Positions 52,264-64,000 of a stretch of 64,000 bases of DNA are shown one piece after another. The notes beneath the pieces were generated by a model, which was not told the origin of the DNA, ran no database searches, and was given only the letters and a program-made list of their open reading frames with translations. Source of the stretch: Adineta vaga (taxonomy: Eukaryota > Animalia > Rotifera); contig CP075496.1 of NCBI GenBank assembly GCA_021613535.1, positions 7,192,001 to 7,256,000 on the forward strand, given 5' to 3'. The translations under genes were made by a program, and so were the position numbers. Within the stretch, counting starts at the first letter, position 1. Each line of letters begins with the position of its first letter.

Positions 52264-55189
52264 ATGACCACACGTCGTGGAATATTTTTCAATTCTAAAT
52301 CACGTTCAGTTGATTCCAATGTAATTTTAAGTAATAAGAATCCTTCGCCACCCAAACTTCCATCATCAGAGACTATCATCAATGAAGAGCCAGGTAATAG
52401 TAATAGTAGTAACAGTCAAACATCACCACCTAAAACAACAGGCATATCAACTGGAATTGTGAAGAAAAAATTAATTTTAAAAAGTACAAAAAGAACATTG
52501 ACAAAAACGATTTATTCCGGACCAAGAAAAATATTTAGTACCAGTTATAAAGTTTGTTTTCTCACGAAAAGTATTCCTCGTTGATTTTATTAGCAAAATT
52601 CAATTATTTTAGGCTAATCGAGCACAATTAAATCATAGAGCTTTCTTCGGAGGTGAAGCTGATGAATATGGCTTGGATGATGATGAAAAGACAGCAACAA
52701 ATCTCTGTGCATCACAACCATCTGTTCAACAAATAACTAAATCATCGTTATTTGTGAAATCTAAAAGTACTGATAACATTCGATCAACAACAACAACAAT
52801 TATTGAAAATGGAAAAACGAAAATTGTTTGTCCAAGAGATCAGAAAAAAGTAAGTTATTATAATATTGATCTAAATGAATGGTTTACTTTGTTTCTTTTT
52901 TCTTTCGAAGATGTATACAGTAGTGCCGAATATTCGACAACCAACAACATGTGAAGAACTTGGAGAAACACAAAGTTATATTGATGATATGGAATATCTT
53001 CTAGCAGGATTTCAAGCAAATATTATACTGAAAAATCGATGTCTTAGGTAAGATTTTTCCCACATAATAGTTATTCAAAAAAGAAAAGAAAACATCTAAC
53101 TGTATAAATTTATCTTTATTCTAGCGTAGTTAAATTTGCTGAACTATGTGCAAAACCATCCTTTCGTATGCATCTACGAACAGAAAGTGCTCTTGTACGT
53201 GTACTTGATTTATTGAAAGATGCACCCGATATACCCGTATGTTATTCATTGATAAAATTTGATTTATTTGTCTCATTTTTGTTTTGTAGAGTTTAAATTT
53301 ATGTACAGCTTTCATTTTGTATGTTCTTTCATCAGATACATTAACATCTGGTATAACTCCTAGTACAGTACGTTTAATGATTGAATTAGTACAGAAGAAT
53401 TCAGCAAAAAATAACGATGATGATGAAGAATACAGTAAAATGAAACAACGAATATTAACGATTATTAATCAATCATCTCAAGATGATATTTTCTATGAAC
53501 AACGTTTCAATGTAAGAAGATTTTATGAAAAGATGATTTACCATCTCTTTCGTTTCTTTTTTTTCGCTAGACATGTGATATTATTCTTGAAACATTTGTC
53601 AATATTGCTCGAAATAATTTAAAAGAATGGTTAAGAAATGAAGCACGTACATTGAATGGTTTTGATCTAATGATTGATTCAAGTAAGAAATCCTTTTTCC
53701 AATCACAGAATTAATATAATTCAATTTTTAGTTAGTTCAATTGTACAAGATTTGTCAAATAATGATTTCGAATGTTATTCATTAATAGAAATATTAATAC
53801 GTTATCGAAAAGTTTGTCGATATATCAATATGTTAGAAGAATTCTGTACTGATAATTTGGAACAATCTACTTCTTCGTCATCATCGAATAAAGATATGAA
53901 TCGAATTTATATTGCTCAATATAGTCAATATTCATTATTTCATTCATTATCAAAGTAAGATTTATCTGAATTCGAATGAGAAACTAAATAATGTTTTTTA
54001 GATTATTGGATTTGTCACTTGTATGGTTTAAACAATATTCATCAATCATTGATAACAGTGATAAGAAAAATCAAGTGACAACAGCATCAAATGCTAAAAA
54101 AGATGATACAAATGACATAACGTCAGATACACGTGATATCTTTCGAGATGGATGTAAGACGATTATGTCTATACTTGTTATCTTAACAAATGATTGTGGT
54201 ACGTATATTTTCGAAACTAAAAAGAAAATTGTTTCTTAAAATATATGAAATTTCAATGATTTATTAGAGAGTTGCAGGAGTTTTTCTACAGAAAATTGTG
54301 CAGTAGGATGATAAATATTTGTATAAAGATTCAATTTTTATTTCTAGAAGTTCATTGTGATCATTTAGCAGCTGATGATCGATTCTTTTCCAATCTATTT
54401 CGTCTTCTTGTTACTATGGAACAATGTTCATTGATCAATGAAGATAAATTCGATGCACTTGCCTTGGTATGTCTTTCAATTCATTCATTTTCTAATGACT
54501 TACATGAATCGTATTGTTTTTTTTCTTCAGACTCTTAATTTAATTATCAATTTAGTACAAAATACTAAACATGTTTACAAACGTCTTATGGAGGACAACA
54601 TGCCCGATGAAAGTTCTAAGAAAATCTATGAATATCTCGCAGGAGTACGTAATCATCTTTTTTCTTCTGTTCATGATCCTATTACCGTTGTGGATTTATG
54701 TATAGTTGTTCTGTGAACAAGAATCTTTAGCAGCGAAAGCCGAATCTCATGAAGAGAATGACTGGATGATGGAAGATGGTGATGATAATTTAGATGAACG
54801 TTTAGGTATTGAAAATCCCAAGAATGCGAATAGTGAAAATGGTGCAAATTTTAATCGTGCTTTACAAAAGGCTGCTGGTCATATGGAAAATACATTTGTT
54901 GCTGCATTTACAGGCGTTGTTCTCGGTGTTGTATTATTACGTGATTGTGCAACTTATGCATCACAAATTCAAACATTAATGCCACAGAAAAAATTTGATA
55001 CCATGGCATTTATATTAAAGAAATTTTTCATCTTTTTGCAAATGTCGGTATGTAAAACAAAAATTGACTTCATTTTTCGAAAAGATGAAATCAAAACATT
55101 AACTTTTCTTTTCTTAGCATGCATTTACACCATCTGGTGTGAAGATTCTTGAAGAAATTACAGCAATGGTCTTGTCATTATGTGGATAA
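52264..55189 (+). CDS. WAPL: Cohesin release factor WAPL; multi-exon
   Basis: YTVVPNIRQPTTCEELGETQSYIDDMEYLL, RCLSVVKFAELCAKPSFRMHLR and ALQKAAGHMENTFVAAFTGVVLG, with an N-terminal low-complexity region containing an FFG segment. Confidence 0.88.
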
Positions 55190-55443
55190 TATACAGATAA
55201 TTTCCTTCTTTTTCTATTGTTGTTGTCGATGTGCTTATATTTATATGTGTAACGAAAGAACACTTTCAACTAATGAACAGAACTCGAAACTCTATTTTGT
55301 ATGTAATTGTGACTTTTTTTCTATACTCTACGTAAATATTAGTGTTCCTGTTATTTGTATTTTATATATATATACACATATACATTAATGATATTCATAA
55401 TGAAAGAAAATGAATTAATCCTGTATTATGCGACTTGTTTTTT

Positions 55444-57137
55444 TTATGGTTGATCTTGCGAAGGAATTTGAAGTGTAGAAGAAAATAATGATGTTTCCAT
55501 TTGATCCCATAATGCAAGTTTTGATGCTTGAACTGAAACAATTTTACTCGGTGTTTGCGATAGAGTATCACTGATTATTCTAAATATGATACAAGTTTTT
55601 CGTCGTCTATTTTAAATGAAACACTATGCTCATGTCAGGTGCTTTCACAACAACTCGTCATAATATCTACCTCTGCGATTCTTGTGTTGAACTTTCTTTT
55701 GTCATGTGTGATTCAGATGAATCATATGATTGTAAATCATCGTTATATTGTTTATCGATTTTTGAAGGAGATATAGACTGTTTAATTGTTGATTTGAATC
55801 TGAATGATAATATTTTTTTTCTATTTCGAATACAGATCATTAAAATACAAAGCAAGATTAAACCAATCATTCCAGCGATACCATAAATAATAAATAATGA
55901 ATGCTTCTGTTCTGAATGAGATTGATCATCAGTTAAATTAAATTGGACTGTTGTAATAGAACCATTGAAAGCTAAAACGCAAAAACGAAGACTCATCGTA
56001 ACAGAGAACATCTATTCGACATACTAGATATTGATAAAGGTAGACTAGTTATTGTTAGCGAAAGATTAGTAGACATTGTCGATTTTGTTGTTGTTGTTGT
56101 TGTTGTTGATGATGATAATGTACCTGTTATTATTTCGAGAAGAGACGATATTATCGACGGATTATTAAGTCTGTCTGTTTCGCCTAAGCAAATATTTCAA
56201 TGAAAATAGTAGTTATGTATCTTCGAATAATCAAACGTACCAATAATTTCGCATATAAACGGTTGTGAAACTTCGGGAAGAACAGAAGCAAGACATGCAT
56301 CATTTGAATCACTCCATCGTTTTAAGACTTGATAAGTATATTCTGACCGTTCATCTTGTTCGAATGCAGGTTCAACTGGAATCACCGTCGAGTACCAATG
56401 TTTTTCTTTACACCACATTGAATTTCTATTTGAATACGTTTTATCCGTCTGATTATCCCAATAATAAAGCCATCCTATATAAAAGATAAACAATTTGAAC
56501 ATAGAAAAGTCTCTTCATCCTATTCTATTTACTTCGTATGAAATATGTTGTACTTTTACGGCCTTGACTATTGATCAATGCCAGTGTGGTTGATAATATC
56601 TGATTATCACTTGTTATAAATTCTGGTTTCATCTGATTATCTGGTAATATTTTTACAATACTTTTTGAAATGAAATGAAATTTATTTAGATCATCTAATA
56701 CAAGTAATCGAGTTGACATATGAATCAATTCATTCATTCCTCGACATAATCGATTTGCATTGATCCAATTTGCCTTCTCTATTTGATAATAAAGACAAAA
56801 AACAACTAAGAAATTTAAGACAATCAATGCTTTGATTTTCTTCATTTACAACGTCTTACAAAGATTAATCCATTTTTTCGGACATGAAATACAATGCATA
56901 TTTAATCCAGCCCAAAATTGATTTTCAGGACATAGACAATGTCCAAAACGACATTGAAAACCTTCTTTTGAACACGAACTATTATCAACACAAGGTTCAT
57001 TAAAACAATGAACAACTAAAAATAATCATACGAAACAAATACAAATACATGATCAATAGATATGTATGGATCTTACTTGAAATAAGTAGAAGTAAATTAG
57101 AGGTATGAAGTCGAGTGAACAAATAGCAAGGAATCAT
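55444..57137 (-). CDS. Single-pass membrane protein with an EGF/EB-like module, C-type lectin-like domain and Thr-rich stalk
   Basis: Signal exon MIPCYLF..., then CVDNSSCSKEGFQCRFGHCLCPENQFWAG...C, CLYYQIEKANWINANRLCR, PFICE, a poly-Thr stalk and a TM segment (LFIIYGIAGMIGLILLCILMICI) followed by RNRKK. Confidence 0.7.
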
Positions 57138-57234
57138 CTATGTTCATAGTATAAAGCTTTATTTTTATTTCAAGGCGCGAGATACGAACAAAAGCGTTCG
57201 TTATTTTTATTTAGTTAATGAAAGAATGTGCAGT

Positions 57235-60200
57235 TTAATCTACAACTTCCGCATTTGTTGTATTAGGATCTTCGGCAATTCGTAGTAATAACGATTCTAT
57301 ACGAAGAGCTCGTTCAACATATTTAGTCTTATGTCTTTTTTCTTTTTTCTCTTGACGATACTCTTGTAAATCTATCAATGTAGGATCCATTCCAAAACAG
57401 TATTTTAATATATCCATAATAAGAACAAAGGAAACAGTAGCTACTATGGCAATAATTGCAACATAACCAAATGATTTAGAAATAACTTCATATGCTTGAA
57501 TTCTACTTGATTTTACTTCACAATGCCGACCGGAATAACTATCACTGAGACATTCGCATTCATAATCATTAAGTGTTGATCGACAAAGAGCATTATTTTG
57601 ACATTTGATTGATTTACAATAATCAATCTTCATTTGACATCGAAGTCCATTCCAACCTGTTGGACACACACAATTAAATGTTTGATTCGATGTTTCTTGA
57701 CATGCACCTATAAGAGACAAGTAACAATATTCATACATCTTCTAATTGGAAAAATTTGTACCATTATTCAAACATGTATTTGGTTTACATGGTTGTTGAA
57801 TATATTGACATTGAGAACCATTAATCTTCGGTGGACAGATGCAAATGTAATTCTGAAGAATCGTATTGTTGTCGAAACAAGTACCATTATTAAGGCATGG
57901 TTGAAGTGCAACACATAGATAGTTGGATAGATTGCATGTGGGACCAATACTTGTTGGATTTGAACAAATTGATGGAAGAAAAATAGACAGTGATACATTA
58001 GCTGAAAGATAGCAATAAGAACCAAGAGAAATGATATTTTATCAGGTCGAAACTTACTCGCTATTAATCCATTGGTTACAATGGTAAATACAGAGAGTGA
58101 AGTTGAATCTATAGAAGAAAAACAAGCAGTTTTAATGGAAAAAATAATCAAAATAATAGAGTTTACCAATATTATTTGTATTTGAGATTGTGTCAACTGT
58201 TGTTATGGTAGTGGAAATGGCTAAGATGAAAGTTAACGCAATTATTTCTTTGTATTATTTTTATTACATATTGAATAACAGAACTAGTCATGAACAGAAT
58301 TTATTAAGTACGATTAGGATCGAGATTGGTATGATACTTTTTTCTTTTCTAATAAACGATTTGTAGAGAAGTTCATGACTGTCTAATTAACATATACTCG
58401 ATTGTCGTAGTTTCAACTATAACTTGATGATAACTTCTATCTATCATGTAGGACTAATTTTAAACTATGCACATAGTTTTTATCACTGATTGTAAAGAAT
58501 ATACAGTAAATTCTCAATAGTCGATTTGTAAAATTTAATGTAATCTCTCAATGATACTTACTACAACTGTTTGTTGCCAGAAGAAATTTTTGAGTACGTT
58601 TATTATCGCGATCAGAAACATAGATATTTCCATAGCTGTCAAAAGCTAATTCAACGGGGAAAAGTAATTGATCGGATGCTGGACCAGATGAACCCCCACA
58701 TCCAGCTACACAATGAAAACCATTTGGTCCAGATGCAATTAAACGATGGCCAGAATGCTCGATGATAAACAGATAACCATTTCCGTCAAGCATAACGTCA
58801 TGTGGTCCATTCAATGTGAGGTTATTTGGTATTCCATTTCCAGCAATAGTCGTTCCATTCGATTCTCCAATGTAAAAACGTTGAATTCTGTGGTTATACA
58901 TATCTGCTACATATACAGTGAAATTCGTATCAACGAAAATGCCAGCAGGAAAACTAAACATGTCTGGTGCTGATCCGTTGGTTCGAGTTCCGGAAACGGT
59001 AGATATTCCTTGTGTATCGTTAATAAGTGCTCTTTTCACTACTATATGTTCCCACGATGCAGAACAATAAAGTGTGTTATTCAGATCAATAAAGATACTA
59101 GTACAAGTACCACCGAAACTTGTTGTCGTCGCACTTAAATTTTGACTAGGTGTAGCTTTATTTACATCTCCACCATTAGCGTAACTAATATAAATATCTC
59201 CAGCAATTGACACGAATAGAGTGCGTATGTCTATAGAACTTGAAACATTTCTAGTAGGATAAACACTACCTTGTGTCCATATTATCACTTTGTCTGTATC
59301 TCGATTATTTACATATACAGTATTGCTAGCGTCAACGAATAGACCAAAAGGACTATTGCCAAGTATTGTAGAATTTGCAAATGTTTCTGCTTGAGAGTTC
59401 CACGATGCACATGAAGAAAATGTCGGTAGATTATACGAAAAAACTAGAAATAGACATGATTTTGTTTTTTTGAAAAGCTGAATAATTTATGAAAACATTC
59501 TCTCTTCACACTGTAGATCTTCTAATACCTACCACAAGAATTTGTTGCCAAAAGAAATTTTTGTATTCTTCCATTCGACCAATCATTGACAAATAAATTA
59601 CCACGACTATCGAAAAACATGGCTGTTGGATATTGTAGTTTATCTGCTGCAGAACCAGCACTTGCACATCCTACTATACATCGATAACCAAAAGGACCTG
59701 ATCCGATAATACGATTATTACCATTATCCAGAATGAATAAATAACCATCATTATCTAAAATCACACCGACAGGTCGATTGAGAACAATAGATCCTAGTAA
59801 ATTTGATTCTGTTATAGTAGTGCCATTTGACTCTCCTAATACAAAAAGTTGAACTCTGTTATTACCAGCATCCGCAACATATAAATCAAAATTATTATTC
59901 ACAAAAATTCCATGTGGTAAATCAAGTTGATTAGATTCTGATCCATTAGTACCGTTACCGGCAACTAAAACGGATATATTTGTACCACTATTATATGGAT
60001 TTTTCACAACTTGATGAAGATTTCTCATCGAACAGTAGAGAGTATCATTGATATCAACAAACAGACCATAACAACTATCATCAACGTAGAATGCAACAGT
60101 TATAGTTGATGTATATGATAACCATTTATCTACGTGCCCATTAATACCATTATCAATATAGAGATCTCCATTACTTGCAGCGAAAAGACTTTGTGTATTA

Positions 60201-60626
60201 TTAGAATTATATGAAATATTTTGTATCAATAAGATTTCTTCTTCTTTCCATACTTGAATGGATTGTAAGTCTCTAGTAGAGACGAAGACTGTATTATTTT
60301 CATCAACAAAAAGACCATTAGCACCCGTGCCTATGGAACTGTTTTCTAAATAAATTATTGCATTTGGATTCCAGGATGTGTATGGGCAAAATCTTGGTCG
60401 ATTGTACGACATAGCTAAAATATTAATCGAATTACTGAATTGATTTTTGAACTATAATTTTCATTTATAACATCGAGTAAAAAAGAACTTCAACGAATTT
60501 TATAAGTATTTTTTTGTTATATTGAAAAAAATAGTTATCAAAACAGTGAGTAAATTACTAACCTAACGTTTGTTGAATACTTAATACAATAATTAACCAT
60601 AGACCGAATTCATTATTTGATGACAT
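57235..60626 (-). CDS. Type I membrane protein with two NHL beta-propeller domains, EGF repeats and a TM segment
   Basis: Signal exon MSSNNEFGLWLIIVLSIQQTL. Two paralogous exons each run SYNxP...C..WN...LYVAD.xN.R(V/I)Q...FDSxGN...QKFLLATNSC. EGF repeats (CVCPTGWNGLRC, CECLSDSYSGRHCE) and a TM segment (FGYVAIIAIVATVSFVLIM) follow. Linker exons at about 57750-58220 are only partly resolved. Confidence 0.8.
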
Positions 60627-61434
60627 TCTGTTCATTCTACTACACGTAAGTTTATACGACAAGTACTAAATAAGTAGGACAGATGAAATGAATAGAATAT
60701 TTTCTTTAAAGTTTTTCAAATGTTTGCTTGTTTATCATATGAATAAATAGTCTCGTTACATTTACATTCTTTTTTTTTTACTTCAATGTTCAACGAAGCA
60801 GAGATCAGCATAACGCAGTGTCTTCCATTCAATTTTCTATTATGATTGAAATCAAATATTCATTTTCGGCTGATTTCTATCAATAATACATCAGGATGAA
60901 CGGAAAATAATCAATATTTGCAAACGAATATTGAGTTTATGATATTAATTTAATTTTTGTTGTTGATAGTCTATTTTTTCCGATTCTAAACAAATAGTAA
61001 ACAAACTACATCGTCGATGTCGATCACCATATATTGAAATTTCTTATAAGATTTTTTTAATACTCTAAGAACATCCGAAGAATATAGCTATATACAATAT
61101 TGATGCTATTTGCCAGTCTACTATTCTTCATATCCTTCAATTAAGATGTTGATCAAAAAAATAATGACGAATAGTTACTGTACTAAATACAAGTGTCCTA
61201 ACTGTCTTAGATAGAAATAATTATGAAAAAATTCTTCGAAGGTTTCATTTTACCTGAGTATAGTTCCATCTTTATTTATATTCTTAAACAATTCTAATAG
61301 GGTTTCATACAAGTCTTTCAGATAAAAATCTTTCTTTTTCTTTGTATTGAAATCAATTCATGCGTCACATATGAGAAATCTGATATAACCTTTTCACAAT
61401 AATTATGCAGCATGACAAGAAAAACTAAAATATA

Positions 61435-61815
61435 TGTTAGCGTCCAATCTTGGATTCGCCTAGTCCAATGTCGGATTGTAAAATTTTTTTCATAAAAACC
61501 TTCATAGTTTCTTAACTTGATGTTGGAAATGAATGATTTTTTTGAGTACTGTCTAGTAATAATGAGGGTGAGGTGAAAGTGTGGATGAGGGTGGATTTTA
61601 TGAAGTTATAAACGAGTTTTCGAAGAATATAGGTTTTACGAAAAACTCCGTATACATTTTTCGATACTTTTCCAATTCTTTTCGTGATGATTGGGAGGCC
61701 TCCAATATCATCGTACTCGCATGTTATTAAAAACAGAATTCATTTTCAACATCAAGTCAAGAAACTATGAAAGTTTTTACAAAAAAATTTTACAGTCCGA
61801 CATTGGACGCCAACA
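61435..61815. mobile_element. MITE-like non-autonomous DNA transposon with ~75-bp imperfect TIRs, flanked by TA (Tc1/mariner-like)
   Basis: Left gtccaatgtcggattgtaaaatttttttcataaaaaccttcatagtttcttaacttgatgttggaaatgaat is the near reverse complement of 61738-61808. The outer ends are TA-tgttagcgtccaat and attggacgccaaca-TA. Confidence 0.8.
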
Positions 61816-62287
61816 TATATTTAAGATAATGTAAACTAGTAAAATGAATATAATTTCAATAAAGTACGTATACAAAAAGAACGAATTAATAGATAATATT
61901 CATTTTGAGTTAATCTAATACAATGACGGATAATCGAAATTAATAATTTCTAATAATGTATATTAGTAATAAAAGAATTATTCATATCTCTTCTCAACAG
62001 AGAAAATGATTAGCTAGTCAAAAATTATACAAATGAATTCATTAATATTTGGAAAAGGATACAACTGGGTACATTATAAATGTATCCGATAATTGTAAGA
62101 TCTAGAAAGTTATACATGACGATTTCAATGATATTTTGATTACATAATTAAAACTACATGAATTTATCATATAGCGTAAAATGATGTATGATAGTTTAAC
62201 TAAGCTAATAAAAAATGTTCGCCATGTAGTTAGACGTTAATAAATGACAGTCATTATTCAAATAAGATATCTTAATCGTTGACGTCC

Positions 62288-62542
62288 TTAATCCTTTGGC
62301 GACAGGGATCGTATATATACGTTTTTACCTTTGCTTAGGTTACAATTACAAATTTTTGTTTTCTTGATCAGCTCATACGAGTGATCTCACTTTCACTCGT
62401 GTAATGATATGACAGGAGCATTGCCTAGCGTCACTGTGTATGTAAAATATTTCAAAATGCCTCTCCATGTTAATAAAGTCTATTTCAGCATTTCACTGGA
62501 AAATCTGTTTTTCTTCAAAAATTCCCGTCGTCAAAGAGTTAA
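62288..62542. mobile_element. Degenerate piggyBac-like MITE bounded by TTAA
   Basis: TTAA-tcctttggcgacagggat ... attcccgtcgtcaaagag-TTAA: the inverted termini match at 13 of 18 positions and all mismatches are transitions. A subterminal palindrome cgtatatatacg is present. Confidence 0.6.
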
Positions 62543-62698
62543 AACATCGATCCCCGTTGGCTTTTATACTTTTTCACGAAACAGAGATAAAATCTTTACA
62601 TTATTATCAAAACCGGTAATAATACGATATTTTTCTCATGCGTGATGACTTCTCACGTCTAAAGCGTCATAAAAATTCAAACAGTATATTTCTTAATT

Positions 62699-63691
62699 AT
62701 GGCTAATGTAAACGATACTATCACAACTCTCCTCAATCTTGATCAACTTATATCTAAATATTGTCTTGGTCTATCATTAACTCTAGGTATAGTTAGTATT
62801 ACATTCAATACAATTATATTTACAAGAAAAACATTTCATAATACGTCCTGTATTCTATATCTTTTATCATCAACAATTGCTAATTATCCAATTGTTTTGT
62901 TCGTTATTCCATGTCGTTTGTTAGCTGATGGATTTCACATTGATCCTACACAAACCAGTCTAATTTTTTGTAAATTTCGTGAATATACTCTAACAGTTTC
63001 ACGATCTCTTTCAGCTTGGTTTATTGTTCTTGCTTCCTTCGATCGATTAATGTCAACTTCACGACAAGTTTACTATCGACAATTTGCTCATGTTCGTATT
63101 GCTCGTTATACGATCGTTGGAACGACACTATTCGGTCTACTCTTCTATCTACCTATACCAATACTTTTTTCAATTCATATTCAAAATGATCAATGTGAAG
63201 CACCAACCAATACATATCGAATAACCAATGCATTTTTATATTCAATTTGTTATGTAATTATTCCCAGTATATTCATGTTATTATTCGGTTTATCAACAGT
63301 AAATAATGGTAAACGACAACGACGTATTGCTCCTATAACATCATCCTTAAATGCAATCAAACGTGATCGAAATTTATTTCTAATGATTTTTTTTCAAACA
63401 ATACTTTTCACATGTACAACATTACCACATGGTGGATTTAAAATTTACACTACAATAACTTATGACGATATGAATTATGATGTCTATCAAACTGTATTGA
63501 CAGCATTTCTTACTCATCTAGCACGAATAGTATCATTTATCAATCATTCGTGTCAATTTTATATATTTACATTGAGTTCAAAATTATTTCGAGAAGAATT
63601 AAGAAAATTTCTCTATCAAGTAGTTGGTATTCGATATAAGCGTCATCAACAACAAGTTACAGTTCTTAGAATTGAGAATCATGAACATTAA
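62699..63691 (+). CDS. Intronless orphan class A (rhodopsin-like) GPCR
   Basis: 330 aa with seven hydrophobic segments, TM3 FCKFREY...LASFDRL (DRY-like), an ECL2 Cys, and TM7/H8 FINHSCQFYIFTLSSKLFREEL. Confidence 0.88.
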   Translation: MANVNDTITTLLNLDQLISKYCLGLSLTLGIVSITFNTIIFTRKTFHNTSCILYLLSSTIANYPIVLFVIPCRLLADGFHIDPTQTSLIFCKFREYTLTVSRSLSAWFIVLASFDRLMSTSRQVYYRQFAHVRIARYTIVGTTLFGLLFYLPIPILFSIHIQNDQCEAPTNTYRITNAFLYSICYVIIPSIFMLLFGLSTVNNGKRQRRIAPITSSLNAIKRDRNLFLMIFFQTILFTCTTLPHGGFKIYTTITYDDMNYDVYQTVLTAFLTHLARIVSFINHSCQFYIFTLSSKLFREELRKFLYQVVGIRYKRHQQQVTVLRIENHEH

Positions 63692-64000
63692 ATCTATTCA
63701 ATTATTTTCTGCTATTTACGATTGATATTGATATAGTTTTATTATTTTTCAAGAATTCTATTCATATCGATGACGGGAAATAGCTTTTCGACTTCATGAA
63801 AATATATATTATCTATGAAGTGTCTTTCTTTATATGTAGTAGTATATACAATATTTCATTTTAATGTCAGATTGTGCCTTGCCTGTTCATTCCGTGGACT
63901 GTTTATGGAATGATTAACTTTTTAATGTTAAACAATAAAGAATAGATGATGTTGCATGTAACGGAACTTCTTCTAAGTTTTCATTAAATTAAAAGCTGAT

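Overview
AT-rich (roughly 30% GC by eye), gene-dense eukaryotic DNA with many 50-60 bp GT-AG introns. The gene content (ART-TPR proteins, NHL-EGF membrane protein, intronless orphan class A GPCR) suggests a bdelloid rotifer; this is an inference. In order, the window holds: the 3' part of huntingtin; a GPI-type Cys-rich protein; LITAF; a ~20 kb jitterbug/FLN-2-type filamin; DNAL1 with a LINE relic in an intron; a receiver-like/ART/TPR gene with a degenerate active site; a tightly packed ALDH3-NAA35-ETNPPL/PHYKPL cluster; an alpha-arrestin; a second receiver-like/ART/TPR gene with an intact R-S-E triad; SAR1; another Cys-rich surface protein; NUDT9; PDCL head-to-head with WAPL; an EGF/C-lectin membrane protein; a 2xNHL-EGF membrane protein; two MITE-like elements; and a GPCR. 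The filamin has no visible actin-binding CH domain, several candidate internal first exons, an alternative 3' end and a nested ~700-codon gene. The best candidates for undescribed biology are (1) the active/pseudo pair of toxin-like ADP-ribosyltransferase-TPR proteins near a NUDT9, (2) operon-like spacing compatible with SL trans-splicing, including a possible sphingolipid-catabolism pairing, and (3) the headless filamin locus. Four single-base frameshifts look like assembly errors. Exon boundaries were read by eye and no database searches were run.
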